Assembly (NCBI RefSeq): GCF_964355755.1
Contig: NC_092679.1
Span: forward strand, 18,955,432 to 19,019,431
Direction of reading: 5' to 3'
From: Antedon mediterranea
Lineage: Eukaryota; Animalia; Echinodermata
DNA: 64,000 nt
Below, piece by piece: positions 1 to 12,369 of this stretch. Made by a program: the position numbers and the translations under genes. Position 1 is the stretch's first letter; every line of letters starts with the position of its first letter. A model generated the notes under the pieces. The model ran no database searches, was not told the origin of the DNA, and saw only the letters and a program-made list of their open reading frames with translations.

Positions 1-3000
1 CAGACGAATCAGCCATCATTGCCGGAATTAACCACTGGGAGGAACACACATGTCTCAGCTTCCATAGAACATCAAGTGTTGCTGAAAGAATTTTATTTGT
101 AAAGGAAAGTGGGTACGTATACTGTTTTAATGGTTAATGGTTTGTAAATTTATATAGCGCAAAATACAAATAGTCTCAATGTGCTGTTTAGCACAAGTGT
201 AAAAATGAAAAAGCCTAATAAACCGAATAAATTGACCAAGGCAACAGAAAATATTCCGAAAACAGAATCTCACATCACCACCACCTTCACTATACCAAGA
301 GAAGAGTTAGTATAGCAATATACAGTATATAATTTAATATGAGTAAGAGATAACTATCGTCTGGTTAAATTGCTCGATATATATCAGGGGGAAAATGTGG
401 TTACTTCATATAGTACTTTATGACACGACAAATTTGTTTCGCAGGGCTAAACACACTCATCAGGCGAATCAAATTAATTTTATTTTTTACACAACTATCG
501 ATTGTTGCCATTGGTTAACTTGCTTGTGTCTACGTCATTGCGGTGCGTTTCTAGTAGGGCCCTATAGTGAGAAGGAAGGTTTACCGCAATATATGCCTAT
601 ACTAATTGCGTTAAACCTTCGTTCCCACTATACTAGAAACGACCAATGACAACCAATAGTTCGAATAATCCATTACTTGTGATTGGTCAAATCACTTATG
701 TTGCGCGTCCTTGTGTTGCGTCTGGAACGAACGAAACACAGGCGCGTTCACAAAGTATCATTATTCATGAATCATGATCATGATCAAAAGAAGCTGTTCA
801 TATAGAAATCATATCATGATCTACTTATGCTAATGAGGTGTTTTATTACATACAAGTTGTACCAATAAGGTTGTGGGCAATGACTTGGGAAATGCTGATT
901 GGTTCATTCTCTTTTATAAATGAATGCATCGCGTTTAAACTAGGCTAATCATGATGTCAGCCAGTGTTATCCACTAGATCACATAAGGACGATAATGTTT
1001 GAATAATATTTGATAATTTTAGGTTCGCATAACTTCGACTGGTTTGATCATAATGAACAATTGTTTTTCATTTTTTTTTCATTTTCTTTGCTTTGAAATG
1101 TAACATCATTGTTTTATTATGGTGTATTATTTTTGTTCATAGATGCTGGTCATATATTGGGAAGTTAGACAATGTTCAGAAGTTGTCGATCGGCGACGGC
1201 TGTACTGGTGTAAGTTACAGATTTTATTATATAGCCTGAAGTTTATATAGCTTGCTGCTTGGTGATTAAGATGTTAGGTTAAAATCCTGTCGGATATCAA
1301 GATATTTTGTTAGCATCTGATAACCACCGCAAATTCCTTATTTTACATATAAAGAATATTTATTATTATATTAGTATTTAATATTAGACTTGCCACAAGT
1401 CTGTAGTTTAATTGTTTTTAAATGTTTAGTCCACTAGTCGGTATTTCGATTGTTGTGCAAGATCAAGTATTATACGTATGAAACGCTATAAATGCCAAAA
1501 TATTTACTAGTATCTTTTTACTAATTTCGGTCAAGAACCTAGATAAACAAATGTTGATGATAAACCCGCGAACATACGTAAAATGTCACATTTTCGAATC
1601 CGACTGAAGAGGTAGACCTATATCGAAAATGCTCATAAAAAAGTTTTTGGTTTTCTTAACAGCTTGGAACCGTGGCCCATGAAATTGGACATGCAATTGG
1701 ATTTTTCCACGAACAGTCACGACCAGACCGAGACAATTATGTTGAAATACGTCTTGAAAACGTAGAAGCTGGAAAAGAACATAACTTTGAAAAATCTACT
1801 TCTATTGACACTATGGGTGTTCCGTATGACATCACATCAGTGATGCATTACGGGAAATATGTAAGTATAATTTGTTTATAATATTTAATTTTTAAAGCAT
1901 GTATATATGCAGTGATAAGAGAAAGACGGTTACAAAATACGTCTTCTTGCCATGGAAAGGGCTCTGATAGGGATCAGCTGCAATAAAGGTAAATTCAACA
2001 GGGGAAGCCTTCGCGTAATGTAAAGTACATGTAATATCAATACCATAATCTACTTATATAAGGTGGTTGCCCCCTTTACTATTATTACATTAGTTTTACA
2101 TTATAGATTTAGTTATTTCGTCATTTAATAATAAATGACATTTTCCATCCATTTCGGTGTTTTGTTTCCTTTGTTTTGTCTTGGACTCTGTAATTGACAC
2201 AAAAGGTAAACTCATAATATGACTCTTCAGGCATGAAATGATAATCTTATTCTTTTCCCTTTTTCTGAGATTTCATTCAAACATACATATTCATTAGGCC
2301 CTTATATTTAACAACATCTGGTTAAAGTGTTACATAATAGTTGTTTTTCTCACGTTTCGTGTGACGTTAGCCAAAAACACGAAATTTGCGCCTTCTTTTG
2401 TATAAAATTGTCATTGTTAATTAATAGAATAAATGGAAATGTAAACGTAGGGATATATTTGGTTCTGATAAAAAAGGGCAAATTGTAAAATGTACTTTAT
2501 CTTTGCTTTACGTCTATATCATAAGTTAACGTTACGTGTTTACGCTTCTTTACGTTTAAAGTACTTCTCAAAGAACGATCTTCCAACAATAACAACAAAG
2601 GATCCTTTATTGCAAAACGTGATAGGCCAACGCGATTCCTTATCGTTTTATGACATTAAACTGGCGAATTTGGCGTACAATTGTGACGGTGAGTACATAC
2701 CATTTGTTTTTTTCATTGCACAACAATTTAGGATAGCCCTACACTTTTGTTCGTCTTTCGCGGGAACAATCCGACTTTATTATTTTTTTTTATTTGATAC
2801 AAATTGACACCATTAATAATAATGAATGTATTTAAATGTATAGGTATAATACTTAATTTATAGAAGTTTTATTCTAGTTTGTTACAATTCATAGCACACA
2901 TACATACACAACATGTTTCATTAGTATATCGAAACGTGGCAGGCTGAAGGCGCTTGACCTTTGACAAGATCGCCTAAATTTTTAGTTTTTAACTTTACAA

Positions 3001-6000
3001 TACTTAGTGTTGTATATTCTGGTACAGCCGCTCCATGATCTCTTTGCTTTTCTTCCTTATATCTTTACTCTTTTTAAAAGTTTTACTAACGATTTTTATT
3101 TTATTTTATTATAGGCTATTTATATTTTTGCTTTATGTACACGACAACTAACGATCAAATAACAGTTTTTCACATCGCAACTTATACAACGTGATTTTGA
3201 AAACTACAACCATTTTTCTATATACATACAACGTACATTTCTAGTTTAACAAAAACATTTTTCTAAACTTTCTATTATTTAAAAGTCGAAGATAGCCAGG
3301 TCTCGGGTCCATTCTATTGTCGCCACAGATTGATATCTTCATCAGTACTTCTATGAATGGATGGTTAGGTGGGAACACGAACGCTAGTTGATCATAGCCA
3401 GTACCGTTTTGATCGTACGATTAATCGGGAAACCACCTCACGACGTTAATAATAATATAAACATAATATAGGCCTAGATATCATTTTAATCCTCTAAACT
3501 TTTATGTTGACAATTATGTCTACTGTCCCTTTATATATCTGCCCAGTGTTAATTGTGTTAAATGTTGTTAATGTTGTTTAATTTATTTAATGATATTTAA
3601 CAGATAAATGGTTAACTGAATGTGGTCAAACCGTAAATCCTTGTCAAAATGATGGATACTTGGGTAAAGAGTGCACGTGTTTGTGTCCGCCGGAATACAC
3701 TGGTTCTTCCTGTGAAACTGAACAATTTGTTGGTAAAGTACATTGGTCTCAAATTAGCATTTTCTTTTCTTTCTGTTCTTCTCGATGAGAATGTGTAGTT
3801 GGAAATCTAATCACAAGAAGAAGGACGAAAACTTAACTTTTATTTGTTTCATTGGGTAATCGAATTATTGAACAATCTAAAGGCCCATTTACACTAGGGC
3901 GATAACGATCGACGATAAAAAGATAAATATGCATTTTCCATACCTAAAACAAAAGAATTTTAAAAAGTTTTCATCCTAGAACTATAGGGTTATCATCATG
4001 ATCTATGCTGCCTTTAAAGGCCAGGTGCGGGCAAAAAAATTCTATTGATCATACATTCCAATAATTATCGATCTATAGTTTCCCCTATGTTTCATAATTT
4101 TTGGGATTTTATTTGTGTTACACGAGCTTGTTGAAAATAAGCACTTTCTTATCAGTGGGGGGATAGTTCAAATTACACAGTGAAATGTCTATTCTTTTGT
4201 ACACAAATTTTGTAAATAGAGAGGCATTTTAAAAAGCTATGAAAAATAAACGGTTTTGTAAAAAATGTTATCAGATGACTAAATATAGGTAATATAACTT
4301 AAATATTACATTTCTGATATTTTTATTCAACTTCAGATTTTTATTTTCATGCTATAGCAAAAATTATCCACTCTATATCCACCATCTTTTTTCACCGTCT
4401 AGGGAGTCACCAGACATGTTATTACATTAGGTTAACTACCTAACTACTGAAAAAAAATTATCCTGGTTTTTATGGAAGAATTTTGCCAAATTTTTTATTT
4501 GACCATATTACGCGAAACTGATGTTTTTTCGTCTTGATTTCTGTTACAAATATTTGATTTATGTACAATTAACCAAATATTGTATTCAAAATTCATGCCT
4601 GTACCTGAGCTTTAATGAAAATAATAATATTTCCACACGTCCAATCAAGTGACGTCATGATTAGTAAGAGCAATAATATCATTACAATACAACGATTTTA
4701 TTGTTTTATTGATCATGACGTCATTTGATTGAATTTCAAAAATATTATTTTTATCAAATACAGCATACATGATTATCCTATAGTTCTAGAACGAAAACTG
4801 TTCCAATTTCTTTCGTTTTATCCAAGAAAAATGCATGTTTATCTATTATCGTCGATCGTTATCGCCCTAGTGTAAATGGGCCTTACATAGTATTTGCTAA
4901 CATGTTCCGTCTTTTTTTCTCATAGAAACATGCATAGACGTCATAAATGAAGAGTATTCCAGGTCCGGAGAAATATCTTCTCCAAAGTATCCAAGCAACT
5001 ACCCTAGTAACGAAAAATGTATAACATATTTTAATGTTAGTGTCATCTTATTCAACAACGATTATTATTTACTACTATCGTCTCTTATTAGAGCCCGTTC
5101 ACACACTGTTATTATTTACCCGGGTAAATTAGTTTCATGGTTATCTTTATCGCTAACTTTAGGGCCCGTTCGCACACTGTTATTTACCCGGGTAAATTAG
5201 TTTCATGGTTATCTTTATCGCTAACTTTAGGGCCTGTTCACACACTGTTATTTACCCGGGTAAATTAGTTTCATGGTTATTTTTATCGCTAACTTTAGGG
5301 CCCGTTTACACACTGTTATTTACCCGGGTAAATTAGTTTCATGGTAATCTTTATCGCTAACTTTGGTGGGTATTAGGAACCAACATACACGTGTAAATAG
5401 CTAAGCGATATCGAACCCATGCGTGACTAGTGTAATTGTTAATTCTAAATCTTAAAAAACTATAGTGTGTATATTTTCTAAACGTTTAACATAAAATTGG
5501 TGGTACTATGGAGCTGTACATTATAGTATATACTGGATTTTTTTAATATCTATATTTTCACTGTTTTTTTAAATTTTAATACAGGGAAACAGTCAACTTA
5601 CGATTACATTCGATAATTTTGACTTCCAAACACCATACACTCGAGAGCCATATGTGGGTTACTGTTTTGACTATCTGCGTGTGAATGATGAAGACCCTTG
5701 GATATCTTCTGGCGAGTAAGTCAACTTTTGTAAACATTTTGCAGGCGTGTATTTTGCAATTGAAGTAGGAACTTTTTAGATAGATACGGTAGATTATAGA
5801 TGGACGCAAACGGATGAGCTCGTACGGGCAATGCACATGAGTTTACCAATCACAAGCGACAGTTCGGGTGATATTTCGCCTGTGATTAGTAAAATTACTT
5901 GGATCGCGGGATTTAGGAAATGATGTACATGCTGTCTTTTAGAAACAATTCACAATGCTAATGATTGGATACGACGTCTATGACATCCGATATGGGCGTC

Positions 6001-8420
6001 GTTTCGTAACAGATGAATAGGCCTATTTGAATAAATACGTAAAATTTGTTTTTATTCTCGAGCTTTATTCACTGCTTGCTTCACTCACATCTGAGTGAGT
6101 CCATGCACATTTGGGAACAAGTTTGTGAAATATCTCAACGCTGGTGTAACAAATACATAACCTAGAGATCCAGATGAACATTTTTACTAATGTAAATGAA
6201 TATATTCTTGTTCAAACGAATGTCAACAACTGTACTATAGCTGTACTGCAAGTCATTTTCATTTTATACTAAGTTAACTCTTTTTTTAGGTATTGCGGTA
6301 CAAATAGCCCAGGAGAAATTATCGATGATGATGGCCAGTTAATTTTAGAGTTTAAGTCGGATGCTTCATACAGCCGCCAGGGATATCATGCTACATACCA
6401 ATTTGCTGGAACACCAACAACACCACCTCCACCACCGCCAACGACGGCACCTCCACCACCACCACCAACGACGGCACCTCCACCACCACCAACAACAGCA
6501 CCTCCACCACCACCAACGACGGCACCTCCACCACCACCAACAACAGTACCTCCACCACCACCAACGACGGCACCTCCACCACCACCAACAACAACAACAG
6601 TACCTCCACCACCACCAACGACGGCACCTCCACCACCACCGACAACGACGGCACCTCCACCACCACCGACAACGGCAGCACCTCCACCTCCACCAACAAC
6701 AGCACCTCCACCACCACCGACAACGGCACCTCCACCGCCATCGACAACAGCAGCACCAATAACGACACCACTACCACAAACCACAACCGAGCTGTTCACG
6801 ACGGAGACAATAACAACCACTGAATGTCCTGCGTCTTCAGGTCAGTTTACCATTGCTGAAAAAAAAACTTACTTATATATTTATTTATAATATAAAGAAT
6901 AACTTATCATGAAAATAAATTGAAATAAATACTTAACTTACTTCACCCAAACCCCACCCACCTCCTTTATGATGGAGCTGAGGCTCTCATTGCGTTTTGT
7001 GTTTTAATTATATTTTATTAGCTAATGATTTATCATGCAGTTGCTTTTTTGTTTGTTTGTTTTGTTTAGGGGTTGGTATTTGACAAGTTCTTTTACTTCT
7101 TTTTCCGATCCCAGAAACAGTTATTTAACGTTACCATTTAAGTTATTGTAAATGTATGCTGCTTTTATTTCTTGAACTGTTTCTAAATAAATGTTAAATG
7201 AATGTAAATTATCATACAGTACCAAGTCTATCATTTTTAATAATTATCGTTATTTTCTATGGTTCAGCGATTACGAAATAAACGATTGAATTTAATAACT
7301 GTAAATACATTTCTATAAAGTGGAATAATTTGTTCTTGTTTTTTAGTTAATCCAAGAAACTACGCCGCAATAGAAAATGCAGGCCTTGGAACATTTGGTC
7401 GTATGGCTACATGGGCTGATGTGGATGGTGATGGTGTGGCCAACAGCTACTGCAGGTACCGTAAATGGAAACAAACTCAGGGCAAAGGTTTCCTTATTCT
7501 TGGCTGATTTCAATTTGAATAATTATTAAAATAACATATAAACGTAAACAAAACGCATTTGTTATTATTGTTACGTACGTTGTTCTTGTGTGTTTCAATA
7601 TTATTTAATTATTTTCTAACGCAGCAATATAAAACATGCTTTTTCAAATAGATTATTGAAAACAACGAGATGGTTTATATCATGCGTAAATTCAGATGGC
7701 TCTGAGTATACAAGTCCTGATCCAGGGAATGCAAGTTTTAACGTAGGGAAAAAGAGAACTGGTTTTATGCGTGACATGAATGGAGACGGGCTTGACGATT
7801 ACTGTAGGTAAGTATTATAGATAAAGAATAAATGTTATATTATGCATTTTGGATGAAGAATATGATTTCAAATGCAAATTAAGAAACTGGTATAAATGCG
7901 ATGCACCAGGGAACTAATGAACTTCACCAATAGAACACCGTATGAATAAAGGTAACATTATAATATAGATAATTGCCCGATACGCCACTGACTTTAATTT
8001 TAGATAGACCACTAAAGTTAAAGATACTGTCCATCTGAAATAACTTGTTTCATAGTCATTCACTTTGACCAAAAATTGGATCGGAAAAAATGTATTTTCC
8101 TAAAAAAACTGTAATTTAAAGCAAAAAAAAAATCAAAAAAGTCAAATTCGCTTCGCCACCCAATGAGTTTTTGGTTGAATCTAACCTTTTTATAAGTGAA
8201 CAAATAAATAAAAATAAATCCAAATGTAAAACAGTATAATGACAATATTTGTATCAAACACAGATGCCGCAAGCATGCCGGGGAATTCAAGTTCCGATGC
8301 ACCAAGGCAGGACCAGAAGGATTCGAGCCAACCTCTGAGGAATTTAACTTAGATTTCGCACCGTACAGCGGATATTGCAAGGATAAAATTGTCGACCCGA
8401 ACACTGGATTTATTTTTTAA
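1..8420 (+). CDS. Astacin-family zinc metalloprotease (BP10/SpAN-like), copy A; 5' exons lie upstream of the window
   Basis: Phase-consistent GT-AG exons: <1-112, 1143-1209, 1663-1860, 2562-2688, 3604-3732, 4926-5035, 5585-5715, 6290-6840, 7347-7455, 7652-7807, 8264-8420 (TAA). Motifs: [26 protein letters not shown], Met-turn SVMHY, EGF-like [27 protein letters not shown] (SPKYPSNYP...C...DYL...YCG...FKSD), TTAPPPPP linker, then two DxD/NGDG repeats. Confidence 0.93.
3881..4883. mobile_element. MITE (Harbinger-like TIR AGGCCCATTTACACTAGGGCGATAACGATCGACGATAA) containing a nested insertion
   Basis: Long inverted termini; a shorter sister copy without the insertion lies at about 24447-24838. 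Confidence 0.85.
4018..4611. mobile_element. TTAA-flanked non-autonomous element (Kolobok/piggyBac-like) nested in the MITE
   Basis: TTAA at 4014-4017 and 4612-4615; imperfect TIR AGGCCAGGTGCGGGCA / TGCCTGTACCTGAGCT; absent from the 24447 copy. Confidence 0.75.
5093..5363. repeat. 68-bp tandem repeat x4
   Basis: Unit GCCCGTTCACACACTGTTATTTACCCGGGTAAATTAGTTTCATGGTTATCTTTATCGCTAACTTTAGG. Confidence 0.9.
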
Positions 8421-10545
8421 GAAGAAAAATGATTAATGGAATCATTTGTTTTATTTTTGTGGGATACTTAGTAGATAGTTTAAGTAAATAATAATACCTT
8501 ATTAAAACTGTTATGAATGTCATATTAAGTTCAGTCTACAAAATATGGAATTCATATGATATGTCCATTATATGGCAAGATTTTTTTTTTCACATAAAGT
8601 CTGATAGTGTAGACAGCTTTACTTCATTATTTATGTTCATGAATTTTATTTTGTTGTTATCAATACATAGACTTTCATGATTTTCGTGACTTAACTTGTT
8701 AGGGTATCCTTTCACACATCACGAGGTGTCTAGCATGCAATTGAAAAGTTTGACTGGGACTCCGAAATGATTATAGAAAAGTAAAGATTACGTAACACAC
8801 ACAGGCGCCTTTATACTATATGTTGGTATACATTTTGGATTTCTCTTGTGCTCTTCTATAAATACACAACAAAGGTCTATAATATACATAACAGCAAGGA
8901 TAGTGTTGACTTACGGTTAATGTAAAATCTTCAATAATGTTAATTCCTTGTTTCCTAATACTTAAATATCAAACGGATTAAGAGTAAGTAAAGAAGAAAA
9001 TATATCAATGAAATATATCAATAAAAGACTGTTTATAATATGAAAACATTAAGTATGCCACATACAGTGGTTATTCAAAATATTACTAACGGCATTTATC
9101 TTATCAGCACATTCTGGATACTCCAAAAGAAAGCCGTGATCTACAATTAATTTAGAAATTTACGTTTTTGATTTACTACAAATTTTCAATGGTGTTGGTT
9201 TTAAAGAATAAATTATCTGCAGCAAACGTAGGCCTACTATGTGTGGAGACATTTTCTATTATATTAGTTATTTTGTTCTGTTGTTACTATGGTTATGTTC
9301 GGACGAACCTCCTTCTGACGTAAAGATCGACAGACGTAAAATTCTCCGTGTACGTTATACGAATGTCCTCACAAATTTCCGGGTGAATAGCACATCCATT
9401 TTTTTTCACGGAAACAAACTGACCTTTACACCGCATCCAACTAAAAGAAAGTGAAGAAGCCTGCACACATAATGAGAGTATTTTACTGTATACTTATATT
9501 GAAAATATTAAAGATCGCATTTTCAAATTGATGGTAGAGAATTTGAAAGTTATAGGAACATTTCGAACCAGAAACTGATAATAATTCATGCTTTAATATC
9601 AGGCAGCTTTGTTTGACACAATTCACTTGAGTGAACATTTTAACCATATTTGTTAATATTTTTTTTAGTTAAATAACATTTTTACCTTTGTCTCTGGAAA
9701 ACAAATGCAAATCTGAATTTGTTTTCTTTTATTAATAAAATATATTCATTTTAAAATAACATTTTATAACATAATCATTTCGTAACATAATCATTTCGTA
9801 ACATTAATCCATTTTATAACATATTAATTTTCATTTCCTAACATAATCATTTCCTATCTATGGAATAGCCCAGCCCAGTCAAGCCGTTATGCTCACGTCA
9901 CTCGAGTGCTTATGACCTCCCACACCAACCCACCTTTTATTCTCTCAGGCAGGTAATGAAATGTGCTATATGCCTATATACGCCATAGAATACCTATATC
10001 ATTTGGACTGGTACATTCTAACAATGTGTATACCATCCGATACGGTATATAAGCCCTAATTCTTAGGCTGTTGATCCGCTAGCGATTTGGTATGCCGTGC
10101 GTTGTTATGCAAATTAGTTTGTGCAGGTGTATTATGGGGAAGATGGTATGTTAGTCATTCGCCGTCAACACGCCACACTGTTAACTTTTATGTTGTTAAT
10201 CTTTACATTAGAAGATTGTTTAAATCATGTAAATAAAACATTTTGCGGGCGGCAACCTACTGTAGCAGCTCCTCTCTTATAAAAGTAATCTCGAAAAAAA
10301 CTCCATGTGGAAAAGAAGCCCATCCAAGATTACTAAAAATGAAGGAGCACATGGGCTTCTTTTCGAGGTTTTATGGCAGTCTATTTAATGGAAAAATGAA
10401 TGCCATACAACTTTGTTTCTGATTTTTTTAAAGTCCACTTGTTTAGGCCTGACATTTACAACCTTCAAAATATCTCTCCTTCAAAATAACATTATTATTT
10501 TAAACAAATAAATAAAAAGAAAATTATTTTCCATTAAAAAAAAAT

Positions 10546-10615
10546 CCGTAGAGGTTCGAACCCAATCAATCTAGAGCCGAGAGCACTCAAAGCAGAGCAT
10601 TACCCGTTACGCCAC
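10546..10615 (-). repeat. tRNA-derived (SINE-like) Pol III head
   Basis: A box TGGCGTAACGG, B box GGTTCGAACC, followed by a T-run; no clean cloverleaf. Confidence 0.55.
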
Positions 10616-12311
10616 AAAGTACATGACGGAACAGCTGGTAATAGTCTATTTATACCTGTACAGTATTACGTAATTCATCATTACGTCATAAATATCCTAT
10701 TAACCTTGCTAAAATGTCGTGGGTTCGATTCCCACGCTGGTCGGTGGAATAGAGTTAAAGCTATGCGAGCAACTGTGTTTGGAGTTCACAGAAATATACG
10801 ACCCCCTTTCCACCACACATCATGAGGCGACAACATCAATGCATCTGGTGATGTGTTGGAAACGACCCCAAAAGGCTGTGCAGGGCCTTAGTGCTGAAAA
10901 GGGAAGGGAACATTTAACATATTTTTTTTTATTAATTTTTTTTTTCCAACCTGTTTTCGATCTCGTAAATGTTATGTTTGGCGCCCTAAATTTTAAAAGA
11001 AATTGAATTTATATTTCCTCGCATGTGTACGACACGGTTTGGTATGCCATGCGTACGTTGTTATTATGCAATGGTTGTGCAGGTGTAGGAAAGATGGTAT
11101 TGTTAGTCATTCGCGGTAAAAAATACGTTTTTATTTTGTTAATCAATGTTGCTACATTGGTAGCGAAATGTCCGATTCATGCAAGATATTGTATTGTAAT
11201 AAATAGTAATATGTTATGAATAAACATTTATGGTAGTTGGTGTGAGTGTATGGCCGCACTACATCTTTGGTTGTGACTGCTTTGTGTGAAGTTATCTCGC
11301 AGTTTGTATACGTTGTCACGCATCGCTGGCTTCTTACCGAAGAGAGTCGATTGAGGCCGAAACGAACCGATGGAGGAACTATCGTACGGAAAAAAAACCC
11401 GATCCTCTACTGGGGGGAAAGATTGGTCAGCCTACGAGTCTATTCCGAACACAAGCACAGTCCCCTTGGAAAATAAAGTTTAGCTCGTGAGTGCAATAAC
11501 ATATATTTGTTTCCATTTTAACTATTCAAGAGTGCAATGCAACCAATCCATGTTATTCTACCGATTTGTAAATAATTATGTGTAATATTATAAAGTCACT
11601 ATGCATTTAGATAATGTATACCACTTCCAAAGTGTCGTCTAAGCATGGACCTATAATAATATAATGTAATAGCTCCATGGTCTAAGTAACAATTTAGTTT
11701 TATATTAAATTTGAACTGCTTTCGGGGAGGGGGATTGGGGTTATGCGGTATAACATGAACGAAATTGTTGAGGTTTTAAACTTGAAACCGTGGAGTGGCG
11801 GCGTGGAGGTTTAGGTTAGTTGGGTGAATGCACTCTGGGACAGGTATCTTTTCTAGTATAATAATATAATAACACACAATAGTTAATAACGAAAATATGC
11901 ATTGGTTTGCACGCAACGCAAGTAATATTGATCACGAATGACAATAGTACACGTTTAAAGTCTATAATAATAATAATTAAAAATCTTCGGTAAGAACGGT
12001 TCTTGACCATAAGCTTTTTTTGTATGAAATTGAATTAAAGAAAATTATATTAATAATACTATATTATTAATAGTTATTTATAGAAAATAAATATGGTTTC
12101 TATATTAGATGGAATAGGCCTATTGATAGGCCTAATATAAAAATTATTGATTTTGACAGCAAACAAATTATATAGTAATTAAAGTTAACATATTCTTTAA
12201 TAACCGAACGTTATATATATATTAAATTTATTGATTTTAAAAAGGAAAGGGAACATATTTTCTTTACTTCTCTGGCAATATGGAAGGAGATATTGATAGA
12301 GCAGGTTTGCT

Positions 12312-12319
12312 TATATAAA
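12312..12319 (+). promoter_or_regulatory. Putative TATA box of astacin copy B
   Basis: TATATAAA about 50 nt upstream of the ATG at 12370. Confidence 0.6.
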
Positions 12320-12369
12320 GACCCTACTCTATACCAGACCAGTGTGAGATCCACAACCGTGAGTTCAAC

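Noticed and set aside
1600-1636. CTGAAGA...GAAA hammerhead-like string
   Set aside because: Weak stem II and no pairing for stem I.
6361-6820. His/Gln-rich, Gly/Val-rich and Val/Leu-rich ORFs (also 19394-19707)
   Set aside because: Alternative-frame and antisense shadows of the Pro/Thr linker exon; splice phases define the real frame.
10546-10615. Functional tRNA gene (also 12703-12766)
   Set aside because: A and B boxes are present but the acceptor and anticodon stems do not pair convincingly; kept as tRNA-derived repeats.
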